The notes beneath the pieces were generated by a model. It ran no database searches. It saw only the letters and a list, made by a program, of their open reading frames with translations, and had not been told where the DNA came from. A stretch of 63,855 bases of DNA, the filler included, from assembly GCA_964501035.1 (NCBI GenBank). It is 4 parts of 4 records of this genome, joined end to end, with 100 filler letters (N's around TTAATTAATTAA, not from the genome) between each part and the next. Parts side by side here need not be neighbours in the genome. Positions count along the whole stretch, not along the records: positions 37,796 to 56,276 come from CAZCRK010000030.1; 3 more parts are not named here. One strand, given 5' to 3'. Of this stretch, positions 40,851-51,424 are shown in pieces (the first letter of the stretch is position 1; every line of letters starts with the position of its first letter). A program made the translations under genes and the position numbers.

Positions 40851-41543
40851 ATGAATCGCATTATTACATTATTTTTTATCACATCTTTGGCTTTTACCAC
40901 TAGCTGCAGTATTACCGGATGTTCAACACCACATGTCAAAAATACTGCTAGTGTTGTTTCGGGTGAATTGATTAATGGGTTTCGAGTGTTAAACTTCGAA
41001 AAGGAAAATCATGAATTTATCGTATATCGTGGTGATTATATTAAGTTTAAATTCCCAAGTAATGATTCTGAATTTCAAGTGGCTTTTCCTAGCCTTCAAA
41101 TTTTAGAATCTACAACAGGAAATCCAGAATTAGATCCATATATTAAAATGAAAAAAGTTGGTTCATACAATTTTATTATTGATGATATTAATGGGAAAAT
41201 ACATGTTAAAGAATATGAAAGTAGCAGTTACAAAGCTGTTTATGCAAATGAAGCAAATAATATTATTAATAATATTCATCCAATAATACTTGACGTTAGA
41301 ACATCAAGAGAATATCACAGCGGTCATTTACAAGATGCTATTTTGATTCCCGTACACGAACTCCAAGCACGAATATATGAGTTAAATAAATACAAAGATA
41401 ATGATATTTTGATTTATTGTCGCTCTGGTAACAGAAGCACAGTTGCTTCCAAGATGTTGATTGATAATGGGTTTAAACGTATTTATAATATGCGTGATGG
41501 TATAAAAGGTTGGAATAAACACAAGTTTCAAATACATAGTTAG
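40851..41543 (+). CDS. Exported rhodanese-domain protein with an extra N-terminal domain
   Basis: SD AAGGAG; signal/lipobox; LDVRT..EY..GH, YCRSGNRS, GIKGW. Confidence 0.8.
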   Translation: MNRIITLFFITSLAFTTSCSITGCSTPHVKNTASVVSGELINGFRVLNFEKENHEFIVYRGDYIKFKFPSNDSEFQVAFPSLQILESTTGNPELDPYIKMKKVGSYNFIIDDINGKIHVKEYESSSYKAVYANEANNIINNIHPIILDVRTSREYHSGHLQDAILIPVHELQARIYELNKYKDNDILIYCRSGNRSTVASKMLIDNGFKRIYNMRDGIKGWNKHKFQIHS

Positions 41544-41693
41544 TCTCCAATAACATTATACGTATAAACTACTAGAAATAATTTCATTTTCTCTCTAATT
41601 TATATTAGTAACTATTACTAGTTTACTTTGGTTATTATTTGGATTCTTTATAATTTTTTTCTGACCATTAAAAAACTGTAAATTTCCGCCCTT

Positions 41694-43196
41694 ATGATTC
41701 GCAAAATCTTAATTGCAAACCGGGGTGAAATTGCAGTACGTGTAATTCGAACATGTAAAGAACTTGGAATTTCGACCGTTGCTATATACTCAGAAGCAGA
41801 CCGAACATCTCCACATGTGTTAAAAGCAGATGAAGCGTATTGTGTGGGTCCTGCACCCTCTTCGGAATCATATTTAAATACTCCAAAAATTATTGAAATT
41901 ATCAAACAAACAGGTACGGATGCAGTACACCCCGGTTATGGCTTCTTATCTGAAAATGCAAAATTTGCAAATGAAATTACTCAATTAGGTGTAAAATGGA
42001 TTGGGCCATCAACCGATGCAATTACTACAATGGGCGACAAAATGGCTGCTCGAAATTTAGCCATAAACGTAAATGCACCTATAATTCCGGGGACAACCGA
42101 ACCCCTTGAATACGCAACAGATGCCATTGAAATCGCACAATCTATTGGATACCCTGTTCTTGTAAAAGCCGCTGGTGGTGGTGGTGGTAAAGGGATGCGA
42201 ATCGTATACTCATCAGATGAAATTCAAGATGCAGTTGAGCGCGCTTCTTCTGAAGCATCAAAAGCATTTTCGGATGACCGTGTGTATGTTGAAAAATATC
42301 TCGAAGAACCACATCATATTGAAATACAAATATTAGCAGATGATCATGGAAATGTAGTTTGTTTAGGCGAACGTGAATGTTCAGTGCAACGCAGATATCA
42401 GAAAATAATTGAAGAAACACCATCCCCTTTTATACATCAAGAATTAAGAGATAGTCTGTTCAAAACTTCGGTGGAAATCACTAAAGCATGTCAATATTCT
42501 GGTGCTGGAACAATTGAGTTTTTAGTTGATAAACACAAGAACTACTACTTTTTAGAAATGAACACACGCCTACAAGTGGAGCATCCTATTACTGAGATGA
42601 CAACTGGACTTGATTTAGTAAAAGAACAAATCAATATTGCGAATGGGTTGCCTATTTCATTTTCACAAAATGATATAAACCCTCAAGGGCATGCCATGGA
42701 ATGTCGAATTTACGCAGAAGATGGGTTTAATAATTTTGCTCCTTCTATAGGTAAAATTCAGGAACTCAGTTTCCCGCAAGGACTTGGTGTTCGAATGGAT
42801 GATGGTGTAAGACAGGGTCAAGATATTTCACCCTACTATGATCCATTACTCGGTAAACTTGTTACATGGGGAGATGATAGGCAATCTGCTCTAAATCGAA
42901 TGAAACGAGCATTAAGTGAATTCCATGTTGCAGGTATTGAAACATCCATTCCTTTTTGTTTAATGTTTATTCAACATAAATCATTTAATTCAGGATTGTA
43001 TTCCACACAAACCCTTGATGAAATTAAAGATGAACTTCACCATAATCTTTCTATACATAAATCGAATAGGTTGATTGCAGCAAGTATGGGTGCTATTCAT
43101 AAAACTTTAAAAAGAGATATCAAAACAACTTCTAAAATTATTAACAATGAAACATCTCCTTGGTCACTTGCTGGTAAGAAAGAAAATTTGAGATGA
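41694..43196 (+). CDS. Acetyl/propionyl-CoA carboxylase biotin carboxylase subunit
   Basis: ANRGEIA, HPGYGFLSEN, GGGGKGMR, EMNTRLQVEH. Confidence 0.93.
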   Translation: MIRKILIANRGEIAVRVIRTCKELGISTVAIYSEADRTSPHVLKADEAYCVGPAPSSESYLNTPKIIEIIKQTGTDAVHPGYGFLSENAKFANEITQLGVKWIGPSTDAITTMGDKMAARNLAINVNAPIIPGTTEPLEYATDAIEIAQSIGYPVLVKAAGGGGGKGMRIVYSSDEIQDAVERASSEASKAFSDDRVYVEKYLEEPHHIEIQILADDHGNVVCLGERECSVQRRYQKIIEETPSPFIHQELRDSLFKTSVEITKACQYSGAGTIEFLVDKHKNYYFLEMNTRLQVEHPITEMTTGLDLVKEQINIANGLPISFSQNDINPQGHAMECRIYAEDGFNNFAPSIGKIQELSFPQGLGVRMDDGVRQGQDISPYYDPLLGKLVTWGDDRQSALNRMKRALSEFHVAGIETSIPFCLMFIQHKSFNSGLYSTQTLDEIKDELHHNLSIHKSNRLIAASMGAIHKTLKRDIKTTSKIINNETSPWSLAGKKENLR

Positions 43197-43699
43197 AATT
43201 TCAAATTCAAATTGATGAACACATTTTAGATTTTTCAGCCAAAATTGTAAATGAAAATCCAGTTATTTCATTAAATGGATCTCCTGTAAATGCTGACTGT
43301 GTACAACTTTCACCCAATTCATATTCACTCATATTAGATGGGCAAACACATTATTTAACAATCCAAGATAGTGGTAATATGTTTGAAGTGACTGTGGATC
43401 AACATACAAACTTTGTTCGTGTAAAGGATGAAAACGCACTGTTAATGGAAAAATTTGGCTTTTCAAATTCTCAGGGTGATGATGCTGGTGAAATTCATGT
43501 TCAAATACCTGGATTGGTCAGTAAAATCTATGTAAACGTTGGTGATGAAATTGAAATTGGTCAAAAACTTTTTATTCTTGAAGCAATGAAAATGGAAAAT
43601 GAGATTGATTCTATTGTACAAGGAACTGTAAAACATATTTATGTAGATGTTGGGCAAACCGTTGAAAAAGGGGATTTAGTGATGGAGTTAGACGTATAA
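43193..43699 (+). CDS. Biotin carboxyl carrier protein
   Basis: EAMKMEN. Confidence 0.9.
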   Translation: MKFQIQIDEHILDFSAKIVNENPVISLNGSPVNADCVQLSPNSYSLILDGQTHYLTIQDSGNMFEVTVDQHTNFVRVKDENALLMEKFGFSNSQGDDAGEIHVQIPGLVSKIYVNVGDEIEIGQKLFILEAMKMENEIDSIVQGTVKHIYVDVGQTVEKGDLVMELDV

Positions 43700-44427
43700 T
43701 GGCAGGTTGGTCAAAATGGCTTTGGGGAGGTCTAGGGTGGACTATGTTTGGTCCAATAGGTGGAATTATGGGCTATGCACTTGGATCAATGTCTGAAAAT
43801 AATCAAGGATTTTCACAATCACGTGGATATTCTCAAAGACCACAAACACGAAGTGGAGATTTTGGGTCGGTTATTTTAATTTTATTTGCAGCCGTTATGA
43901 AATCGGATCATGAGTTAAAAAAATCTGAACTTGAATTTGTAAAACAGTTTTTAATTCAACAATTTGGTGTTCAATATGCGAAAGAACGAATACAATTGTT
44001 TAAAGAAATTCTAAAGCAAGATGTGTCGTTGAGAGAGGTATGCCTCCAAATTAAACAGTATATGGACCATGCATCTCGGTTGCAATTAGTTCATGTTTTA
44101 TTTGGTTTATCCCAAGCAGACGGACTTGTGCATCCAGAAGAGGTTAAGGTGATTCACACAATTTCGAATTACATGGGAATTAGCCGAAAAGATTATGAAT
44201 CTATTTTGGCAATGTTTTATAAAAACACAACCTCTTCATACAAAATATTAGAGATTTCACCGGAAGCGACACATGATGAAGTAAAGAAAGCATACCGAAA
44301 AATGGCTCGTAAATTTCACCCAGATAAGGTGCATCATTTGGGAGAAGATTTTCAAAAAATGGCTGAAGATAAGTTCAAAATGGTCAATGAAGCGTATGAA
44401 AATATTAAACAAGAAAGAGGAATCTAG
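43699..44427 (+). CDS. DjlA-like co-chaperone (TerB + J domain)
   Basis: Gly-rich N-terminal TM, TerB-like region, HPD motif. Confidence 0.85.
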   Translation: MAGWSKWLWGGLGWTMFGPIGGIMGYALGSMSENNQGFSQSRGYSQRPQTRSGDFGSVILILFAAVMKSDHELKKSELEFVKQFLIQQFGVQYAKERIQLFKEILKQDVSLREVCLQIKQYMDHASRLQLVHVLFGLSQADGLVHPEEVKVIHTISNYMGISRKDYESILAMFYKNTTSSYKILEISPEATHDEVKKAYRKMARKFHPDKVHHLGEDFQKMAEDKFKMVNEAYENIKQERGI

Positions 44428-45968
44428 TGGACAAAAAAACCAATTCCAATATTCCTCTAGATGCTTTTTATGGTTCTAAAAATGATGAAAACCCGGGTGA
44501 GTTTCCATTTACACATGGTGTGTATCCAAACATGTATCGTGGACGACATTGGACAATGCGCCAATATGCTGGTTTTGCCTCGGCTGAGGAAAGCAATAAA
44601 CGATATAAATATTTGTTAAATCAAGGAGTAATGGGTTTATCTGTAGCTTTTGATTTACCCACACAAACAGGATATGACTCGGATAATCCCATTGCTGATG
44701 GAGAAGTGGGTAAAGTTGGTGTTCCAATTTCTTCACTTGCAGATTTAGAAGTTTTATTGGACGACATACCCCTTGATCGAGTATCTATCTCTATGACCAT
44801 TAACTCAACTGCTCCTATTTTATTAGCATTTTTGATTGCTTTAGCAGAAAAACGCAACATAGATGTTTCTAAACTGCGTGGAACTATTCAAAATGATATA
44901 TTAAAAGAGTATATTGCACGTGGAACTTACATTTTTCCACCCAAACCAAGTATGCGACTCATTACCAATGTTTTTGAGTATTGCAGTAACCACCTTCCAA
45001 ATTGGAATACCATTTCAATTTCCGGATATCATATTCGTGAGGCAGGTTCAACTGCTGTTCAAGAACTTGCATTCACATTGGCTAACGGAATTGCATATGT
45101 TCAATCTGCATTGGATGCTGGATTAGACGGAAACACATTTGGGAAAAGACTTAGTTTTTTCTTCAATAGTCACAATCACTTTTTTGAAGAAATAGCCAAA
45201 TTTAGAGCTGGTCGCCGAATGTGGGCATCTATAATGAAAAATCGATTTGGAGTCACTGAACCAAAAGCTCAAATGTGCCGATTTCATACTCAAACAGCTG
45301 GCTCAACTTTGCAAGCACAACAGATTGACAACAATGTCGTTCGCACAACCCTGCAAGCTACTGCAGCAGTTTTGGGTGGCACTCAATCACTGCATACTAA
45401 TGCACGAGATGAAGCGCTTGCACTTCCAACTGAAGAATCAGCAAAACTTGCATTACGTACCCAACAAATCATAGCATTTGAATCGGGTATTACTGATGTA
45501 GTTGACCCCCTTTCAGGTTCCTATTATGTTGAATCCTTAACCGATGAAATTCAATCTCAAGCAGAAACATTAATTGAAAAGATTGACGAACTCGGTGGTG
45601 CAGTTTCAGCAATTGAGCAGCAATTTCAACAAAATGAAATAGCAAAATCTGCCTATGATTATCAAATAAATATTGATAAAAAAGAAAATATTATTGTAGG
45701 TCTTAATAAGTTTGAAGAAACAAACACAGAAGACTTTGATATTCAAGAAATTTCAACAGAAGCAGTTCAAAACCAGTTAAACCGATTACACAATACAAAA
45801 CAAAATCGAAATCAAACTAAAGTAACAGAAGCGCTTGAGTTACTTAAAAAGGCATCACAAACTACTGATAATTTGATTCCCCATATCGTAGAAGCTGTGC
45901 GAGCATATGCTACCTTGGGTGAAATTGCAGACACCCTTCGCTCTACTTTTGGCGAATTCTCTGGTTAA
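44427..45968 (+). CDS. Methylmalonyl-CoA mutase, substrate-binding (N-terminal) subunit
   Basis: [28 protein letters not shown]; Tyr/Arg specificity residues are MCM-type; no B12-binding domain. Confidence 0.9.
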   Translation: MDKKTNSNIPLDAFYGSKNDENPGEFPFTHGVYPNMYRGRHWTMRQYAGFASAEESNKRYKYLLNQGVMGLSVAFDLPTQTGYDSDNPIADGEVGKVGVPISSLADLEVLLDDIPLDRVSISMTINSTAPILLAFLIALAEKRNIDVSKLRGTIQNDILKEYIARGTYIFPPKPSMRLITNVFEYCSNHLPNWNTISISGYHIREAGSTAVQELAFTLANGIAYVQSALDAGLDGNTFGKRLSFFFNSHNHFFEEIAKFRAGRRMWASIMKNRFGVTEPKAQMCRFHTQTAGSTLQAQQIDNNVVRTTLQATAAVLGGTQSLHTNARDEALALPTEESAKLALRTQQIIAFESGITDVVDPLSGSYYVESLTDEIQSQAETLIEKIDELGGAVSAIEQQFQQNEIAKSAYDYQINIDKKENIIVGLNKFEETNTEDFDIQEISTEAVQNQLNRLHNTKQNRNQTKVTEALELLKKASQTTDNLIPHIVEAVRAYATLGEIADTLRSTFGEFSG

Positions 45969-45972
45969 TTTT

Positions 45973-46728
45973 ATGTTTGCAACAGACACTTATTTTTCAA
46001 CTTTAGAAACAACATACATTGGTAGAGATTTTCATTATTTTGATACACTTTCATCTACCAATAATCATATTTGGAAATTGAATTGTGCAAACCCAAATCA
46101 CGGGCTTTGTGTATTAACAGAGTCTCAAACAAAAGGTCGTGGACGAAGGGATAATGTTTGGGATTCCGTTCCAAATAAAAGTTTAACATTTTCATTTAGT
46201 ATTAATCCAGAATTTCGTCCAGAACAATTTGGATTAGTTTCATTATTGGCTGGAATCAGTATTGTAAAATCGCTACAGGAATGCATTCATGTACATGCAG
46301 AGTTAAAATGGCCTAATGATGTGCTTATCCATGGCAAAAAATTGGGTGGAATTTTAACGGAAAGTAGAAGGATTGAAGGAAAATATAAAATAGTCATCGG
46401 AGTTGGATTAAATGTTAATGAAAAAGAAATGTCAAAATCCATCAAAAAGACTGCTACCTCTTTAAAACAAATAACAAACAATCATATTAGCCGAGAAGCG
46501 CTATTAGCTACCATCTTTAACCATTTTGAATCTGATTTAACACTTAGCCCTGAAGATGTTTGCCATGAATGGATTTCTTTTTGTGCACATCAAAAACAAA
46601 CTGTTTCCTTTCATGTTGAAGATAAAATTATACAGGGTACGTTTGAAGGGATTACGAATAATGGCTTTGCCCTAATAAATGAAAGGGGCAACACTAACAC
46701 ATATTCTGCAGGAGTTATTGAACTGTAA
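45973..46728 (+). CDS. birA: Biotin-protein ligase
   Basis: STN, QTKGRGR, KWPND, KLGGIL. Confidence 0.92.
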   Translation: MFATDTYFSTLETTYIGRDFHYFDTLSSTNNHIWKLNCANPNHGLCVLTESQTKGRGRRDNVWDSVPNKSLTFSFSINPEFRPEQFGLVSLLAGISIVKSLQECIHVHAELKWPNDVLIHGKKLGGILTESRRIEGKYKIVIGVGLNVNEKEMSKSIKKTATSLKQITNNHISREALLATIFNHFESDLTLSPEDVCHEWISFCAHQKQTVSFHVEDKIIQGTFEGITNNGFALINERGNTNTYSAGVIEL

Positions 46729-47462
46729 TGTTGTTGGCAATTGATATTGGAAATACAAATGTTGTTTGTGCTGTGTTCAAACAAAATAAGGTTATTGATT
46801 CTGCCCGAATGGAATCCGATATGAATTTTTTTAACAGTTTAATTAAATTTAAAAAATACAATATCACACAAATAATTATCAGTTCTGTTGTGCCAAAATT
46901 AGACACTCCTTATTTGGAATCTTGTAAAAATATTTTTCATATTAAACCCAACTTTGTTCGTCATGATAATTGCAGTATTGAGTTAGATGTAGAGGACCCA
47001 TCCGAAGTGGGTGCAGATAGAATTTGTAATGTTACCTCTTTAAAACATCATTATTCTGTTCCTGGCATCATTGTAGATTTTGGTTCTGCAACAACCTATG
47101 ATATAATTGATGAACAGAGTGCATTTATTGGAGGTGCTATTGCACCTGGAATTGATGTATCTGCAAGATATCTGTTTGAAAAAGCTGCATTATTACGAGA
47201 TACGGCGTTTACATTTCCAGATTCCGTGATTGGTAAAAACACTGAAACCAATTTGCAATCTGGTATAATGTTCAGTGCTATTGATGAAGTGGACGGTATG
47301 ATTAATCGTATAAAAAATGAAACAAAATGGGACTCCCCAACCGTTGTTTTAACAGGAGGATTTAGTTCTCTTCTTTCCCCAAAGTTAAAAACAAAACACA
47401 TTCTTGCACCCAATCTCACTTTGGATGGATTGCGAATCATTAATGAAACATTACATAGTTGA
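46728..47462 (+). CDS. coaX: Type III pantothenate kinase
   Basis: IDIGNT, SSVVP, GADR, DFGSATT, TGG. Confidence 0.93.
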   Translation: MLLAIDIGNTNVVCAVFKQNKVIDSARMESDMNFFNSLIKFKKYNITQIIISSVVPKLDTPYLESCKNIFHIKPNFVRHDNCSIELDVEDPSEVGADRICNVTSLKHHYSVPGIIVDFGSATTYDIIDEQSAFIGGAIAPGIDVSARYLFEKAALLRDTAFTFPDSVIGKNTETNLQSGIMFSAIDEVDGMINRIKNETKWDSPTVVLTGGFSSLLSPKLKTKHILAPNLTLDGLRIINETLHS

Positions 47463-48394
47463 ACTTAATTGATATTCCATATATTGGTGAGTTTTTTTCT
47501 CTCTTATGCGCTGGCTTTTGGGGTTTTGCTGTAATTCTTCTTAAAAAAGCAGGTGAAAAAATTCCTGCAATTGCACTTAATCCATTTAAAAATTTACTCG
47601 CACTAATTTTGTTTACAATAACATTGTACATTATGGGGATTCCGCTTGTCCAACCCCTCATTGAAGATGGTGGGTTCATGACAATGAATGATTATGTTCG
47701 GCTAACTATTAGCGGAATTATTGGTATAGGTATTGCTGATATTATATTTCTTCACTCATTAAATATAATAGGTGCAAGTATTTCTGCAATTGTGGACACA
47801 ATTTATAGCCCTGCTGTTATATTTTTTGCTTTTTTTCTACTTGGAGAAAGACTCACATTCATCCAAATTTTTGGAGCAACATTAGTTGTAGGTGCAGTGT
47901 TATATGCATCCTTAAAAATTCAACATATCCCTGCTTCTAGAAAACGAATGAATTTGGGAATTATCATGAGTGCATTTTCCATAATTTTGATGGCTCTAGG
48001 TATCATTTTAACCAAGCCAGTTTTAGAAAAAGTTGCTCATAATGTTGGACAACAGTTTTGGGTTGCAAGTTATAGAATAGTCCCAGGATTAATCGTTTCT
48101 AGTTTTATTTTAAGGGTTCGAGGTCGAAATAAAAATATTCTTTCAAAATTCAAAGACCGTTCTGTTTGGCCATCACTTGTGGGCGGATCAATTTTAGCAA
48201 CATATATTGGACTTGCATTTTGGACTATCGGAATGGCATTTACTTCCGCTTCAATTGCTAGTGTGTTAAATCAAACTTCAACAATATTTATTTTTATTTT
48301 TGCGTGGTTATTTCTGGGTGAGCCCATGACAAAACGAAGAATTGTTTCTGTTATTATTGCTTTGATAGGTGTGTTTATAATTTTACTAAACTAA
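47459..48394 (+). CDS. DMT/EamA family transporter
   Basis: Ten TM segments, two LLGE/FLGE repeats. Confidence 0.85.
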   Translation: MNLIDIPYIGEFFSLLCAGFWGFAVILLKKAGEKIPAIALNPFKNLLALILFTITLYIMGIPLVQPLIEDGGFMTMNDYVRLTISGIIGIGIADIIFLHSLNIIGASISAIVDTIYSPAVIFFAFFLLGERLTFIQIFGATLVVGAVLYASLKIQHIPASRKRMNLGIIMSAFSIILMALGIILTKPVLEKVAHNVGQQFWVASYRIVPGLIVSSFILRVRGRNKNILSKFKDRSVWPSLVGGSILATYIGLAFWTIGMAFTSASIASVLNQTSTIFIFIFAWLFLGEPMTKRRIVSVIIALIGVFIILLN

Positions 48395-48868
48395 CTTTTC
48401 CCATTTTGTATATGTTGCATCAGGGGAAAGTGATGAGGTTGAAACTTTGACAAACTGTTGTTGAATCACATCCATTTTGATTGGAAAATATGTATCTATA
48501 TCCGTTTCATATAAATGAACTGAAGTAATATGGAGTACATCTGCAAATTCAAAAAATGCATCATAAATCATAGACCCACCAATTACAAAAACTTTCTCAA
48601 CTGCATCATCGTTTAAGGTTTGAATGCATGATTTAGGTGTTTGAAATGATTCAATATTTTCAAATTGTTGGGTTGTAATTACTATGTTTCTACGTTTTGG
48701 TAAAGGTTTAAAAGGAAGAGATTCCCAAGTCTTTCTTCCCATGATTATCGGACAATTTAGAGTAAGTTTTTTAAAATTTTGTAAATCTTCCGAAATATGC
48801 CATGGTAAAGAATTATTCTTCCCAATTCCACCCTTTTCATCTTGAGCCCAAATTAGGTGGATTTGCAT
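48386..48868 (-). CDS. folA: Dihydrofolate reductase
   Basis: IGKNNSLPW, MGRKTWES, PLPKRRN, IGG. Confidence 0.95.
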   Translation of the reverse strand: MQIHLIWAQDEKGGIGKNNSLPWHISEDLQNFKKLTLNCPIIMGRKTWESLPFKPLPKRRNIVITTQQFENIESFQTPKSCIQTLNDDAVEKVFVIGGSMIYDAFFEFADVLHITSVHLYETDIDTYFPIKMDVIQQQFVKVSTSSLSPDATYTKWEKLV

Positions 48869-49687
48869 TTACACAGCTACCGGAAATTTTATAACTGGAT
48901 GGTGTTCATAGTTTTGCAATGTAAAATCTTCAAACTTTAAATCCCAAAATGGTTTTTTCGCTATATCTAATGTTGGTAATGAAAGTGGTTTTCTATCTAA
49001 CTGTTCTTTCAACCCATCAATATGATCTACATAAATATGGGCATCGTTAATATAATGTGAAAATTCTCCTAACTCTAAGTCTGTTTCTTGAGCGACCATC
49101 TGTGTTAATGTTGCATAACATGCTAAATTAAATGGAATTCCTAAAGCAATATCCCCACTTCTCTGAGTTAAATGACAGTTTAGTTTTCCATTTGTAACAT
49201 TAAAAATAAAAAAGGCATGACAACTTGGTAGGGCAATTTCATCTAGCACACTGGGGTTCCATGCAGATACAACCATTCTTCGTGAATTGGGATTTGTTTT
49301 AATCAAATCTAAAACATTTTGAATTTGATTAATATGAGTTTGTTCTATTGTATTAGATTTAGGATTATGTGAATATTTATCCCAGTTGACCCATTGGTAA
49401 CCATACATTTTACCAATTTCCCAATTCTTGTCTTCTGATGTCCATGCGTCCCAAATCTTTGTGTGTTTTCTGAGATTTCGAATATGGGTTTCACCAGACA
49501 AATACCAAAGTAATTCTCTAATAACAGAGTTAAAAAAAACTTTCTTTGTTGTTAAAAGTGGAAAACCATCTTGGAGGTTTACTTTATAATGGTAGCCAAA
49601 TGACATAAGTGTATCGGTGCCAGTGCGATTTTCTCTTCGTACACCATTTTCCAATACATGATTTACTAGGTCAAGATATGCTTTCAT
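48869..49687 (-). CDS. thyA: Thymidylate synthase
   Basis: RTGT, FPLLTTKK, LPSCH, QRSGD..LG.PFN. Confidence 0.96.
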   Translation of the reverse strand: MKAYLDLVNHVLENGVRRENRTGTDTLMSFGYHYKVNLQDGFPLLTTKKVFFNSVIRELLWYLSGETHIRNLRKHTKIWDAWTSEDKNWEIGKMYGYQWVNWDKYSHNPKSNTIEQTHINQIQNVLDLIKTNPNSRRMVVSAWNPSVLDEIALPSCHAFFIFNVTNGKLNCHLTQRSGDIALGIPFNLACYATLTQMVAQETDLELGEFSHYINDAHIYVDHIDGLKEQLDRKPLSLPTLDIAKKPFWDLKFEDFTLQNYEHHPVIKFPVAV

Positions 49688-50955
49688 TATTTTTTGTAAT
49701 CTCTAACAGATGCACCTGTATATATTTGGCGGGGTCTATTGATTCGAGATGCAGGATTTAGTATCATTTCTCTCCAATGTGCAAGCCAGCCAGGTAATCT
49801 ACCTAAAGCAAACATCACTGTAAACATATTTGTTGGAATTCCCATAGCACGGTATATAATTCCAGAATAAAAATCTACATTTGGGTACAATCGTTTTGAA
49901 ACAAAATAGTCATCTTCCAATGCAATACGTTCTAGGTTTCGAGCAATATCAAGTAAAGGATCATCGATATTTAATGCATCCAATACTTTGGCAGCTGCTT
50001 CCTTAATTACTGATGCTCTAGGGTCATAATTTTTATAAACTCTATGTCCAAATCCCATTAATTTGAAACTTGAATTTTTATCTTTAGCTAATCGAATATA
50101 CTTTTTATAGTCACCACCATCATTTTTGATTTGTTCTAACATTTCTATCACTGCTTGATTTGCACCACCATGTAGTGGACCCCAAAGTGCAGCAATTCCT
50201 GCAGAAATTGTTGCAAACAAGTTTGCACGACTACTGCCAACCATTCGAACGGTAGATGTTGAACAATTTTGCTCGTGGTCTGCATGTAAAATGAGAAGTA
50301 GATTCATGGTATCAGCGAACACAGGATCTTGATGGTAATCTTCTTGAGAATCAGAAAACATCATATGCAAAAAATTATCAACATACTTTAAATTGGATTC
50401 GGGATAAATAAACGGTAATCCTTGATATTTTCTATGGGAGTATGCAGCAATGGTTTTTACTTTTGAAAGAATACGAAGAATTATATCATCTAATACATCG
50501 GGATCATTGCTATTTGCATCTGGATGAAATGCTGATAAAGCTGTTACCATCGAAGAAAGTGTTGCCATAGGATGAGAACTGAGAGGAAACCCATCAAAAA
50601 ATCGTTTCATATCCTCATGGATATTTGCATGTTTACGTAGGCTTTTACTATACTCTGTTTTTTCTTCTGGAGTTGGAAACTTACCCCAAATGAGCAAATG
50701 AGCAACGTCAGTAAATGATGCTTTACCCGCTAATTGTTCAATAGGGTACCCCCGATATCGTAAAATTCCTTTTTCGCCATCAATAAACGTAATATCACTT
50801 TGACATGACCCTGTATTTCCATATCCTGGGTCTAGGGTTATAAAACCAGTTTGACTTCGTAGTTTGGTAATATCAATTGCTTTTTCATTTTCTGGGCCTT
50901 CTATAATTGGTAACTCAATTTTTTGATTGTTTAAATTTAGCTCTGCAGAGCTCAT
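49687..50955 (-). CDS. gltA: Citrate synthase
   Basis: HADHEQNCST, GPLHGGAN, GFGHRVYK, PNVDFYSG. Confidence 0.96.
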   Translation of the reverse strand: MSSAELNLNNQKIELPIIEGPENEKAIDITKLRSQTGFITLDPGYGNTGSCQSDITFIDGEKGILRYRGYPIEQLAGKASFTDVAHLLIWGKFPTPEEKTEYSKSLRKHANIHEDMKRFFDGFPLSSHPMATLSSMVTALSAFHPDANSNDPDVLDDIILRILSKVKTIAAYSHRKYQGLPFIYPESNLKYVDNFLHMMFSDSQEDYHQDPVFADTMNLLLILHADHEQNCSTSTVRMVGSSRANLFATISAGIAALWGPLHGGANQAVIEMLEQIKNDGGDYKKYIRLAKDKNSSFKLMGFGHRVYKNYDPRASVIKEAAAKVLDALNIDDPLLDIARNLERIALEDDYFVSKRLYPNVDFYSGIIYRAMGIPTNMFTVMFALGRLPGWLAHWREMILNPASRINRPRQIYTGASVRDYKK

Positions 50956-51161
50956 CGTAATACTCCTTTTCTTTCAAATTTTAAGGTCTGGAATTTAACC
51001 ATTAATTACCTTATTATCCTAGATTGGTCTAGAGAATTTTGGTATTCTACCATGGGATTTGTAAAATTATTTTTTCCGTGTATGTGTTTGTTTTTTCAAC
51101 TTCTTACACGATTTCATTCAATTTAATTGTAACAAAATGTAATAAAGTATTTTGTGTAATC

Positions 51162-51207
51162 ACACAAGATACGGTATATTTTTCCATGTGATAGGCATAT
51201 CTTGTAT
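51162..51207. promoter_or_regulatory. Candidate tandem NrdR-like boxes upstream of nrdJ
   Basis: ACACAAGATACGGTAT and TAGGCATATCTTGTAT, 30 nt apart, imperfect matches to acaCwAtATaTwGtgt. Confidence 0.35.
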
Positions 51208-51424
51208 TGCTTTAGTTTTCTTATCCGACGAGAAACACATCACAAATTGATATAAATCCAGACACCTAAAATCTGGATGTTCTAAATGATTTATTTCATT
51301 TGGCAAATCATCAAAAATAATTGCTGTTTGTATAAAACAGAAGCTGATGTATTGTAAAACTGAAATGTTTTACATCTTTGAAACCGTTACAATTTAACCT
51401 TATTCTAGGGAATTTGAAAAATTT

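Noticed and set aside
50956..51424. Cobalamin riboswitch
   Set aside because: Conserved B12-box and GGGAA/GCCACTG-type blocks not found by eye.
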